The notes under the pieces are model-generated. The model was not told the origin of the DNA, did not search any database, and saw nothing but the letters and a program-made list of their open reading frames with translations. The position numbers and the translations under genes were made by a program. From Candidatus Latescibacterota bacterium (GTDB lineage Bacteria > Latescibacterota > UBA2968 > SICM01), in contig CBDCJO010000002.1 in assembly GCA_965217865.1 (NCBI GenBank), forward strand, positions 2,816,001-2,880,000: DNA of 64,000 bases, read 5' to 3'. Position 1 is the stretch's first letter. Every line of letters begins with the position of its first letter. Positions 20,944 through 30,625 of this stretch are shown one piece after another.

Positions 20944-23424
20944 ATGAAAACACGCGAATTCACGAAGGCGACCTTCTTCTTTGCCATGTTGGTTCTGAGA
21001 CTCGCCGCGATCACTTACAGCGGCGCCCGGATGCGCGCCCAGGCAAAGAAAGCTTGGCTGAATCAGGCCAGTCAGGATGTCGCCCGCATCACCGACACCG
21101 GGCAGTTCTGGCTATCCCTGATCCACACCCAACTGCGGGGTGTCGGCTCCACCTTCTACAGCTCCAGCGCGGTGACACAGGAAGAGCTCTTTTATGCCCT
21201 CGAGGTCGTGGAGGCCACCGAGTCCGCCATTCCCGTATCCGAGCTTGCTTTCGTAGTACCTACAAACGATGGCCGGTTTCAGGTCACGCTCAGCACAGAC
21301 GCCGCAGGACCGCTAGCAACCGGATCCGATCTCGCGGGACATCAGGCCTTTCGACAGGCTGTCACGAAGGCGATGAACCAGGTGGACAACGTGATCATGG
21401 GCCCCGCCTTTGAGGACCCCTCAGGTCGTGTATACTCACTGTTCGCCTTTGCGGCCCCTAACGAAGGTGTAGACGGCGCGCTGGTCACCATGGTTGATTT
21501 GAGCGCTATAATTGACGGCCTCTACGCCTTATACATCCCCGAAGGGGTGCGGTTGCGCCTGGTCGAGAAATACGAATCAATGGGCACGACGGAAAAGGGC
21601 AGGACGATCATCGGAGGGACGTCGCCCTCCTCCGAGACAGTCCATACTTTCAAGATCGTCTCATACAGCGGCCATTCCCTCTGGGATGTTTATTGGGACA
21701 TTTTGCCCTCTTATTCGGGGGGGCCGGCCACACAGCTGGCCAACGTCGTACAGTTCGGAGGTACCGTACTCCTCTTACTGGTATTCTGTGTGGTCGGCCT
21801 CCTCACCAGGCAAAACACCAGGGTCAGCCGGTTGGTAAGCGAACGCACCGCCGAGCTTCAAGCGAGTTCGGGAAAGCTGGCCGAGACCCTGGGGAACTCG
21901 GAGGAACTGAGGAGGGAAGCCGATAGAGCGAGAGAGGACGCAGAAGCCGCAAACCGTGCCAAGAGCAAGTTTCTGACAAATATTTCCCACGAGATCCGGA
22001 CCCCGATGAACGCGATCCTGGGGTTTGCCGAGATCTTAAGCGGCCAGATCGATAATCAAGCCCATAAGGCGTACCTGTCTTCGATCCAATCCAGTGGTAA
22101 AACGCTCCTGTCCCTGCTCAACGACATCCTGGATCTTTCCCGAGTGGAAGCAGGCAGACTCGAGCTTGAGTATGGACTGGTGGATGTGAGCAGGCTTTTC
22201 AATGAATCGGATGGACGATTTTCCCATGGCGCTGTGGAAAAGGGGCTGAACTTCAGGATGGAGATCGACCCCGAGCTGCCCCACGCGCTGCTCCTGGACG
22301 GGAGGCGACTGCGGCAGATTCTCGTCAACCTGGTGAGCAATGCGATCAAGTTCACGGATTCGGGACACGTATCGGTGTCTGTCAGATCCCCTCGATCGGG
22401 GAACGACAAGGTTGACCTGATCTTTGACGTCAGGGATACCGAAATCGGCGTTCCTAAAGAGCAGCAGGAGTCGATATTCGGGACGTTCGAACAGCGGGAT
22501 GGCCAAAGCGTCAACAAATACGGGGGCACGGGCCTTGGGCTGGCCATGACGAAACACCTTGTGGAATTGATGAAAGGGGAGATCTCGGTTAGAAGTGAGG
22601 TGGATGTGGGGAGCACATTCACGGTTGTGCTGAGGGGTGTGGAGGTCGCCTCATCGGATGATCAGGAGGGCCAGCCGGGAGCGGTTGTCGAACCCGATTC
22701 CGTCAGGTTTGAGCCCGCGACGATCCTTGTTGCAGACGACGTTGTGGACAACCGCGCGATTGTGAAGGGTTATTTGTCCACCTACGGTTTTGATATACTT
22801 GAAGCCTCGAACGGGGCGGAGGCGATCGAAGTGGTTAAGCAGCGCCGGCCGGACCTCGTTCTGATGGACATCCAGATGCCCGTTATGGACGGATACAAAG
22901 CGACGCATATCATTAAGGCTGATTCTGCGATGAAGGATCTGCCCATTGTGGCGTTGACCGCCTCGGTTGCGCGCGAGAAAGAGGAGGAGATCGAGTGGAT
23001 CTGTGACGGATTTTTGAAAAAACCGATCGAGAAGTCGGAACTGGTGAGGGCGATCGCGGGATTCCTGCCATACAGCGTTGTGGAACCCTCGGTTGAGGAA
23101 CAGATCGAACGGGAGGACGAAGATGCGGCAGAGGCGCAGGAGCTGGATCCGACGACGATCGCAAGACTGCCGGAGCTGGTCGACTACATGGAGGAGCAGA
23201 AAGGGACGTGGGATGCGTTGCGTACCACCCTCACCATCAACGAAGTCGAGGAATTTTCGGATCAGATGAAGGCAAAAGGAGAGGAATACGGGTATCCCCC
23301 CCTGGCGGCATGGGGGAAGCGCCTTGGGAACCAGGTCGCGATGTTCGATATGGACGCCATGTTGAAAACGCTGGAAGAGTTTCCGGAAATCATCGAGGGT
23401 GCCCAATCCCTTGCGCACGTATAG
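20944..23424 (+). CDS. Hybrid histidine kinase with periplasmic sensor domain (open frame, motif substitutions)
   Basis: Two TMs, 'FLTNISHEIRTP', G1 box reads DTEIG rather than DTGIG, REC, shared C-terminal domain. Confidence 0.85.
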   Translation: MKTREFTKATFFFAMLVLRLAAITYSGARMRAQAKKAWLNQASQDVARITDTGQFWLSLIHTQLRGVGSTFYSSSAVTQEELFYALEVVEATESAIPVSELAFVVPTNDGRFQVTLSTDAAGPLATGSDLAGHQAFRQAVTKAMNQVDNVIMGPAFEDPSGRVYSLFAFAAPNEGVDGALVTMVDLSAIIDGLYALYIPEGVRLRLVEKYESMGTTEKGRTIIGGTSPSSETVHTFKIVSYSGHSLWDVYWDILPSYSGGPATQLANVVQFGGTVLLLLVFCVVGLLTRQNTRVSRLVSERTAELQASSGKLAETLGNSEELRREADRAREDAEAANRAKSKFLTNISHEIRTPMNAILGFAEILSGQIDNQAHKAYLSSIQSSGKTLLSLLNDILDLSRVEAGRLELEYGLVDVSRLFNESDGRFSHGAVEKGLNFRMEIDPELPHALLLDGRRLRQILVNLVSNAIKFTDSGHVSVSVRSPRSGNDKVDLIFDVRDTEIGVPKEQQESIFGTFEQRDGQSVNKYGGTGLGLAMTKHLVELMKGEISVRSEVDVGSTFTVVLRGVEVASSDDQEGQPGAVVEPDSVRFEPATILVADDVVDNRAIVKGYLSTYGFDILEASNGAEAIEVVKQRRPDLVLMDIQMPVMDGYKATHIIKADSAMKDLPIVALTASVAREKEEEIEWICDGFLKKPIEKSELVRAIAGFLPYSVVEPSVEEQIEREDEDAAEAQELDPTTIARLPELVDYMEEQKGTWDALRTTLTINEVEEFSDQMKAKGEEYGYPPLAAWGKRLGNQVAMFDMDAMLKTLEEFPEIIEGAQSLAHV

Positions 23425-23464
23425 ACCGTTGTGTCTATCTCCAAAGTCGGACGAATAGGAACCA

Positions 23465-23700
23465 TAAGTCGATTTGAGAATCTGAGGTTAGGACAAAGCT
23501 TCCTGTTTATCGGGATGCTCTCCGTTTCCATCTCAGGCTGGCAGAGTTATTAACGGGCGAAGTCCGCGCTTGAAGAGACCATGGATAACCAGTTGACGGT
23601 TATCTGCGAAATCAAAAACCGGCAGATCGAATCCTGCTTCCAGACCTGGGATCATCGATGAAATCCGGCCGCTAATAGACGAAACAGCCGGGTTCCAGGA
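23465..23700 (+). pseudogene. Collapsed remnant of a further sensor gene
   Basis: 'FLFIGMLSVSISGWQSY*RAKSALEETMDNQLTVICEIKNRQIESCF' (TM + Cache-type start) abutting 'GIIDEIRPL', which resembles the paralogs' C-termini. Confidence 0.5.
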
Positions 23701-23711
23701 GAGCGAACGGC

Positions 23712-25055
23712 ATGAATGAAGAGACAGGAAAATCCCGCATTTTGATCGTGGACGATACCCTGAAGAACATCCAGGTCCTCGGGACGATCCTCAGGACAAA
23801 AGGCTATCAGATCAACATCGCGAAGAGCGGTCTGCAGGCCCTCGAAGTGGTCGAAAAGGTCCTTCCCGACCTGATTTTGCTGGACGTGATGATGCCAGAA
23901 CTGGACGGCTTTGAGACGTGCAAACGGCTCAAAGCGTCTGACAAAACCCGGGATATACCGGTCATATTCCTGACCGCAAAGGTAGAGACCGACGATATCG
24001 TCAAAGGCTTTGAACTCGGCGCAGTCGACTACGTGACCAAACCCTTCAATTCGGTCGAATTGTTGAAAAGGGTCGAGTCGCACATGGCCCTCTCCCTGCT
24101 TCAGAGATACCTGGAAACCGGGTTGCCGAAAGGACCGAAGAACTCTACAACGCCAATGTCAAGCTGCAAGAGGAGCACGCGGAACGCATCGAAGCCGAAA
24201 GGCAGTTGGCCCAGGCCAACCGCCTGGAAGCCATCGGGCAGCTGGCGGCAGGCATCGCACACGAGATCAACTCACCCATGCAGTTCATCGGGAACAACAC
24301 GGAGTTCCTCCAACAGGCCTTCAAAGAACTGACCGAGGCCCTGGATCCCTACCAAAAGCTGCTCGAACAGAACAAGAACGATACAATAACAAAAGAATCT
24401 TTGAAAGAAGTGGTCGAGGCCATCGAAGAGGCAGACCTGAGCTACATCCTTGAGCAGATTCCACAGGCTTTGAACCAGGCTCAGGAGGGGGTCGACAGGG
24501 TCAACAAAATCGTGGTGGCCATGAGGGACTTTTCACATCCCGGCACCAAGGATAAAGTCATGGTGGACCTCAACAAAACAGTTGAGAGCGCCACCGTCGT
24601 ATCCCGGAACGAGTGGAAATACGTTGGCCGACCTGGAACTGGATCTCGATCCCTCGCTCCCGGAGGTACCTTGCCTCCCGAGCGAATTCAGTCAGGTTGT
24701 CCTGAACCTGGTCGTCAATGCCGCCCACGCCATCGCCGATGTCGTCGGGGATGGAAAAAAGGGCAAAGGCAAAATCACGGTGACCACCCGCCTGGACGGT
24801 GACGCGGCCGAGGTGAGCGTGCGCGATACGGGAACCGGCATACCCGAAGAGGTGCGGGAAAAGATCTTCGATCCTTTTTTTACGACAAAACAGGTCGGAA
24901 AGGGCACGGGTCAGGGCCTGTCGCTCTCCTACGACGTGATGGTGAACAAGCTGGGCGGGACCATCTCATTCGATACGGAGACGGGTCAGGGCACCACGTT
25001 CACCATACGGATACCCAGGGAGGCCGCGGTGAAAGAGGATGAAAAAAATGACTGA
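23712..25055 (+). pseudogene. REC + histidine kinase (NtrB-like class), two frameshifts (~24118, ~24627)
   Basis: REC; 'GQLAAGIAHEINSPMQF'; '[14 protein letters not shown]', '[18 protein letters not shown]' across three frames. Confidence 0.85.
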
Positions 25056-26214
25056 CCGGATACTGTTCGTGGACGATGAACCCAGCCTCCTTCAAGGGAT
25101 CGAAAGGATGCTCTTTAAGGAGCGGAAACGCTGGGAGATGCGGTTTGAGCTGAGCGGATCGGACGGGCTGAAGGCGATTGCCGAGAAACCCTTCGATGTC
25201 GTGGTGGCGGACATGCGCATGCCGGAGATGGACGGGATCGAGTTTCTTACCAAAGTGAAGAAAACGACACCGGACACCGTCCGTATGATGTTGACTGGCA
25301 ACGCCGACCTGGAAACGGCCATCGGCGCGGTGAATGCCGGGAACGTCTTTCGTTTTATGACCAAGCCGTGCGAGCACGAGACTCTGGTCGCCATGCTGGA
25401 GGCCGGCCTGGAACAGGTCCGGCTGATCCGGGCGGAAAAGGAACTGCTGACCCACACCCTGGGTGGGACGATCCAGCTGCTCTCCGAGATGCTTTCCATT
25501 GCGGACCCCAAGGCCTATGCCAAGGCATTGTGGATGCGGAATATGGTCAAGCACGTTGTCGATTCCCTCCAGACCCCGAACAGCTGGGAAGTCGTGCTCG
25601 CCGCAATGCTGTGCCAGATCGGGCGCCTCACACTGCCGATTGAAGTTGTTGCCAAAGCGGATGAGGGAAAGGGATTGTCACAGGAAGAGAAAGATATGAT
25701 CGCGCGTATTCCGGAGATCGGATACAGCCTCCTGCAAAAAATTCCACGCCTGGAAACGGTGGCCACGATTATCCTTTATCAGGAAAAGCGCTTTAACGGA
25801 ACGGGTTTTCCCTTAGATGAAGTCTCCGGTGAAGAAATCCCCATCGGCTCGAGGATCTTAAAGATCCTCTTCGACCTGTCCAAGCTGTCCTCGATAGACA
25901 CAAAGTACCAAAGACTCACGATTATGAACAGCCGCAGCGGATGGTACGATCCCGAACTATTGGAGATGGTCTTCCCGATATGCATGGGCTCTGAACAAAA
26001 ATTCATCGCATCGGATTCAATACGGATCACACTCGACGAACTCCACATGGGTCAAAAACTGGCCGCAAATATCGAAACCGAGGAAGGGCAGATCGTCGCG
26101 CTCGCGGGAAGCAGGATCTCCCCCACTATCATGGCAAAGATCAGGAACTTCGCCAGTTTGGGAGTGGTAAAAGGTCCTTTTCTCGTCGAGACCGGAACCA
26201 TGGTAGATAGTTGA
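25039..26214 (+). CDS. Response regulator with degenerate HD-GYP (RpfG-like) domain
   Basis: REC plus 'LAAMLCQIG', 'YQEKRFNGTGFP', 'GEEIPIGSRIL', 'GWYDP'. Confidence 0.8.
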   Translation: MKKMTDRILFVDDEPSLLQGIERMLFKERKRWEMRFELSGSDGLKAIAEKPFDVVVADMRMPEMDGIEFLTKVKKTTPDTVRMMLTGNADLETAIGAVNAGNVFRFMTKPCEHETLVAMLEAGLEQVRLIRAEKELLTHTLGGTIQLLSEMLSIADPKAYAKALWMRNMVKHVVDSLQTPNSWEVVLAAMLCQIGRLTLPIEVVAKADEGKGLSQEEKDMIARIPEIGYSLLQKIPRLETVATIILYQEKRFNGTGFPLDEVSGEEIPIGSRILKILFDLSKLSSIDTKYQRLTIMNSRSGWYDPELLEMVFPICMGSEQKFIASDSIRITLDELHMGQKLAANIETEEGQIVALAGSRISPTIMAKIRNFASLGVVKGPFLVETGTMVDS

Positions 26215-26255
26215 GAGGTTGTAGAGGTCCACTTTTTTTGCGGACAAGAAATAAA

Positions 26256-27044
26256 ATGCAATTAAATAAAAGTGCAACGATCGATATCTATCCACCAGAC
26301 CGGCAGGGGGTCGGGTCTTTTGACGGGGGGAAAATCACTGAGATCAAGCCCATAGATTTTCCGGGCGGCACTTCACAAACCCAGCGAATCGGTCCGCTTT
26401 TTTACTGGGCGTGGGCTTCGGCCAGAGGCGACGGGGTGATCGGCCTGCACCCGCACAAGGGATTTGAGATCATCAGTTATGTGCTGGAAGGCGAAATCGG
26501 CCATTCCGATACGCTCGGCACAAAAAGCCGCGTTTCAGCCGGCGGCGCACAGGTGATGCAAACGGGTTCGGGTGTCTCTCATCAGGAGGAAATGTTTGGG
26601 GAGAAAACGGAATTTTTCCAGATCTGGTTCGAACCCCATTTTCACAAGGCTGTGAAGAGGGACGCGACTTACGGGGAATACCAGCAACAAGATTTTCAGG
26701 TTACGAACGAAGACGGCGTCCGTGTTAAAAAGGTGATCGGCGAAGGCGCCCCCGTCTCCCTGGTTGCAGAAGTAGAAATGGATGATATTACTCTCCAGCC
26801 GGGTAAAACGCACTGTCGAAACCTTGCAGCAGGACGTATCCTGGCAGCCGTTACCGTGAGCGGCGAAGGGATTTGGCTCAGCCCTGAAAACGAGGACACC
26901 GTGGCCGTCAAATCCAGATATTTTTCGGTGATTGAAGCAGCTGAGGACACGGAAGTTGTCGCGCAGGCAAACCGAGAGACCGAATTGCGCCTGGTGATCA
27001 TAGAAGTCCCCCGGAAAGTGGGCTATCCCTTATACGGGGAGTAG
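26256..27044 (+). CDS. Pirin family protein
   Basis: HPHKGFEIISYVLEG, QVMQTGSGVSHQE, FQIW. Confidence 0.9.
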   Translation: MQLNKSATIDIYPPDRQGVGSFDGGKITEIKPIDFPGGTSQTQRIGPLFYWAWASARGDGVIGLHPHKGFEIISYVLEGEIGHSDTLGTKSRVSAGGAQVMQTGSGVSHQEEMFGEKTEFFQIWFEPHFHKAVKRDATYGEYQQQDFQVTNEDGVRVKKVIGEGAPVSLVAEVEMDDITLQPGKTHCRNLAAGRILAAVTVSGEGIWLSPENEDTVAVKSRYFSVIEAAEDTEVVAQANRETELRLVIIEVPRKVGYPLYGE

Positions 27045-27100
27045 CTACAACCGCCCGTGGGATCTTCGACTACTCTTCAATATCCGGACGTCCCGAAACA

Positions 27101-27133
27101 AAAAGGTCGCGAGTACAATCCTCGCGACCTTTT
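27101..27133. terminator. Bidirectional terminator between convergent genes
   Basis: aaaaggtcgcgag-tacaatc-ctcgcgacctttt. Confidence 0.75.
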
Positions 27134-27194
27134 CTATTCACCCCGAGGGCGGTTTCAGAGAGAAGATTTCTGGTTCCAGAGGCAGGGCTCGATC

Positions 27195-27563
27195 TTATTG
27201 CGCTGTTTTGTTCGCAGGATCCGCAGTTTGTTTCGGGATTTGTGTGTGAGGCTTTGGGGGATATATGATGGCACCCCGCTCCACAATCGGTACTATATTA
27301 ACGCGGGGAGGTATCCAGCCTCGTGTTCTAAGGTGATTAATCTTGTAATCGATCATCGGATCCGGTCGGACCATCCCGATCTTGTAATCTATTTGTGGGT
27401 CCGGTTTTATCGTCGGCATCCAACCTCTGGTCGGAGGTTTAAAAAGATCAAACCGATCTGCTTTCCACATCGGAAATTTTAGAGAGTCCGCACTCGCGCT
27501 CACATCGGACGATGCGCACAGGCCGACCAGACAAAGAACGCCAAATCCTATTCGAACCTTCAT
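27195..27563 (-). CDS. Small secreted Pro-rich hypothetical protein with internal repeats
   Basis: AGGAGG RBS, signal peptide, PDPxIDYKI twice and TRGWxP twice. Confidence 0.65.
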   Translation of the reverse strand: MKVRIGFGVLCLVGLCASSDVSASADSLKFPMWKADRFDLFKPPTRGWMPTIKPDPQIDYKIGMVRPDPMIDYKINHLRTRGWIPPRVNIVPIVERGAIIYPPKPHTQIPKQTADPANKTAQ

Positions 27564-27680
27564 CGTCCCTCCTAAATTATCAATTAATTTTTGGTTCTTC
27601 AAGGCCCTTCCCATACTCCCCGAACTTCCTCACTCCCATATGCCATTTCTCTCCCGTTTGACGTTTGCAGTTTGCCGTTT

Positions 27681-29114
27681 TCACACCGAGTAACTCTTCA
27701 ATCCGTCGTAAACCGTCCGGGTCGAAACCTTCAGCACGGCCGTAAGCGGCACCGCGATGATCATGCCCAGCACGCCGAGGAGGTGACCACCGATCAAAAG
27801 CACGAACACGATCGCGATCGGGTGAAGGTCCACATTCTTGGCCATGACCATCGGGGAGATAAAGACCCCGTCCAGGAGATGGATGACCAGGAAAATCCCG
27901 AGCACCGGAATCGCGGCCTGGGGAACCCCGTACTGGAAAATGGCCGCGGCCGATCCAAGCAAGACACCCATGATCGCCCCGAAGTACGGGATGATGCTTG
28001 CCAATCCCGTAAAAAGGCCGATCGCCAGGTAATAATCGAGCCCGATGAGCCACAGACCCAATATCGACAGCCCCGAAACGATCACGGCATAGATGATCAA
28101 ACCCCGCATATAGCCCCCGAGCTGTTCGTCGATACGGTAGAACAGATTCAGGACCAACTCGAAATATCGGTTGGGCACAAGGGCGATCAGGCCGCGTTTG
28201 AGCGTCCCTCCCTCGCTCAAGAGGAAGAAGACCACGAAGGGAACGATCACGACATAGGTGATCCACGAGATCAGGCCGCCGATCAGCTCCGGGGTCTGCT
28301 TGACAAGATTTGTCGAGGTCTTAGACACCCAGATCGAGACCTCCTCTGCCAGATCGACGCCGCGAAGAATCGGAAGGTAGCCTACGAACTGGGGCTGGAG
28401 CGCCCGAATTTTATCCATAAATTTGGCCAGATAACTCGGCTCCACCTCCCCGATGTACCACGCCGTATCTGAAACGGCAATGACCGGCCAGTATGCGTTC
28501 GACTCCCACTGGAGATCGATGTGTTTCCGGGGAAGGCTCGAGGACGGACGGTTGGCTTCCAGCCAGATGCCCACCGGATCGTTCGTGCGTTTGGGATCGC
28601 TGCTGTAGATCTGAAGTTGAGTCCAGACCGGTTTGGCCGTGGGAGGTGAGAATCGGACGGTCACATTGACCTGTTTGAAGGGTTCGACGATCAGGGGAAA
28701 ATCCGTTGGATCGATCACATCGAGGCCGACCTTCTGGGAGGATTCGATCTTTTCGACGGTCAGATCCTGACCGCCTACGTTAGAGATGGAGAACGTCCAG
28801 TCCCTCTTTTCCCCCGCGACACGTTGGCTGAGATCTTGAATTTCGTTGACCAGAAACGGACCGATAAACAGGGACGCGGACACAGTTAAAAGCAGTAAAG
28901 TGATGTAGAGAATCAGCACCCCGAAGATGCGTTTGATCCCTTTCGATTCCATCCCATCCACAAGCGGTCCGACGATATAGGCAACGAAGAAGGCCGTCAG
29001 GAAAGGCAATAGCGTGGAGCGGATCAGGTAGAGCAGCCAGACGGCGATCCCCACCCCAACGACAACCCCAACGGCTTTGAAAACCTGGAGACCGCTCATC
29101 TCCTTACTTGCCAT
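27681..29114 (-). CDS. AI-2E (PerM) family transporter with inserted Ig-like domain
   Basis: TM pattern, IPYFGA, 'SPMVMAKNVDLHP', 'LGMIIAVP'; beta-rich insert 'ISNVGGQDLTV...VTVRFSP...IYSSDP'. Confidence 0.85.
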   Translation of the reverse strand: MASKEMSGLQVFKAVGVVVGVGIAVWLLYLIRSTLLPFLTAFFVAYIVGPLVDGMESKGIKRIFGVLILYITLLLLTVSASLFIGPFLVNEIQDLSQRVAGEKRDWTFSISNVGGQDLTVEKIESSQKVGLDVIDPTDFPLIVEPFKQVNVTVRFSPPTAKPVWTQLQIYSSDPKRTNDPVGIWLEANRPSSSLPRKHIDLQWESNAYWPVIAVSDTAWYIGEVEPSYLAKFMDKIRALQPQFVGYLPILRGVDLAEEVSIWVSKTSTNLVKQTPELIGGLISWITYVVIVPFVVFFLLSEGGTLKRGLIALVPNRYFELVLNLFYRIDEQLGGYMRGLIIYAVIVSGLSILGLWLIGLDYYLAIGLFTGLASIIPYFGAIMGVLLGSAAAIFQYGVPQAAIPVLGIFLVIHLLDGVFISPMVMAKNVDLHPIAIVFVLLIGGHLLGVLGMIIAVPLTAVLKVSTRTVYDGLKSYSV

Positions 29115-29138
29115 AGCTGATCCCAACGATTAAAACGA

Positions 29139-29693
29139 TTATTCTGTTGAACTGGATATTCGTGCCTCGCCCACCTCAGCCTCCCGGTCCTTCTGTGACT
29201 TTGCCTCCTTGAGACATCGATTGGTATATCGAAGCCGCTCCGAGACGATCATGGAAAGCCGAACGATGACGTGGATTCCCAACCTGGGACGTTGATCGCA
29301 CAGCGCCAAAAAATCGGACCTGGAAAGACAGAGAAGACTGCTGGAACGCACCGATCTGGCGGTTGCCGTCCTGGGGACGTCTTCGATCAGAGCCGTCTCC
29401 CCGAAAAACGTTCGGGGTCCGAGGTAGACACGTTCTCCGAATGATCCCCCCTCGTATCCCTCCCGAATTTCAACCCCCCCCTCAAGGACGATATAGAGCG
29501 TTTCGTCCGTTTCTCCCTCTCGGAAAACAGGCTCATCCGGGGAACAGCTTCGCTCGCGCATCGCCTCCGCCACCTTGCGGCGTTCACGTTTCGACAGGCC
29601 TTCGAATATCGTGACCCCCGACAGGGGATCGCTTTCCTCATCCCCCTTGGCTAATCGTTCCCTGATCCATTTTCCGATCTTGATGAAGACCAC
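29139..29693 (-). CDS. Stand-alone cyclic nucleotide-binding domain protein
   Basis: VFREGE, LYIVLEGGV, FGETALIEDVPRTATA; no HTH. Confidence 0.88.
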   Translation of the reverse strand: MVFIKIGKWIRERLAKGDEESDPLSGVTIFEGLSKRERRKVAEAMRERSCSPDEPVFREGETDETLYIVLEGGVEIREGYEGGSFGERVYLGPRTFFGETALIEDVPRTATARSVRSSSLLCLSRSDFLALCDQRPRLGIHVIVRLSMIVSERLRYTNRCLKEAKSQKDREAEVGEARISSSTE

Positions 29694-29718
29694 AAAACCC
29701 TCCTTCGTATACCCAACT

Positions 29719-30498
29719 TCAATTTTGGTTCTTCAATGACGCTTTTACCTTGTCCTTGAAGTGGAGCGACCTGAGGGGACGCCGGTTTTCGGTGTGGTAT
29801 TCGAGGAACCTCCCGAGGGCCTTGCGAACTTCCTCCGGGATGATCTTCGTATGATCCAGTTCATGAATAGTTTTCGAATCGCAGGACTGTAATTTGTAGA
29901 GGTAATGAATCGTCGGTTCCTGCAGAAAGAAGGAGCCTTCAACGCCTCCTCCGCATCCACTGCAGACAAGCCCGCCTCTGCTGGGACTGAAGCGCGCCTT
30001 CCCCTTTTTCCAACCCTTTTCGCAGACCGTGCATCGGTCGAGGTATGGCCTGTACCCAAGCGCCTCGGCCGCGCGGACCTGGAAAAACCAGAAGGCCGTC
30101 TCGGACATGCTTCCGGGCAAGGCTCCGAGGCAATCCAGCGACGCCTTCAACTTTCGAAAGAGCTCTGTATTGGCAGCCTCCTCTATCGTTATATGATCGG
30201 TCAACTCGGCAATCGCACTGGCATAGATAAGCCGGTCGAGGTCCGACCTGACGTTTTCAAAAGGGTCTAAAATGTCACCTTCGCTCAGGGTCTGAAGGTC
30301 GCGGCCTTCCTTGTAATAGATAATGTAAGTCCCCTCCGTGAACGGTTCGAGGCTGGCACCAAATTTACTCTTGGGCCTCCTGGCCCCTCTCGCCGTTGCT
30401 TTCACCTTTCCCAGGTTCTCAGTGTAAAGGACGACCACCTTGCTGGTGTCGCTCATCCGATAGGTTCGTAAGACGATACCGTCTGTTCGGAGAATCAT
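29719..30498 (-). CDS. recO: DNA repair protein RecO
   Basis: GIVLR...GKVKATARGARRPKSKF, Cys4 zinc site CTVC...GGLVCSGC. Confidence 0.93.
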   Translation of the reverse strand: MILRTDGIVLRTYRMSDTSKVVVLYTENLGKVKATARGARRPKSKFGASLEPFTEGTYIIYYKEGRDLQTLSEGDILDPFENVRSDLDRLIYASAIAELTDHITIEEAANTELFRKLKASLDCLGALPGSMSETAFWFFQVRAAEALGYRPYLDRCTVCEKGWKKGKARFSPSRGGLVCSGCGGGVEGSFFLQEPTIHYLYKLQSCDSKTIHELDHTKIIPEEVRKALGRFLEYHTENRRPLRSLHFKDKVKASLKNQN

Positions 30499-30625
30499 GG
30501 TATTCACGGCGTGAAGCGAATCTCGTGATTCATCGTTCGTGATCCGTGATCCGTTCGTTATGCTATGCCGCTTATCACGATCCACGGGTTTTGCGATCCT
30601 CGATCCGCGGATCCCGTTTCACGGT

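Noticed and set aside
8979-23424. Diversity-generating retroelement template/variable repeats among kinase paralogs
   Set aside because: No reverse transcriptase, and differences are not adenine-specific; ordinary paralogy explains the similarity
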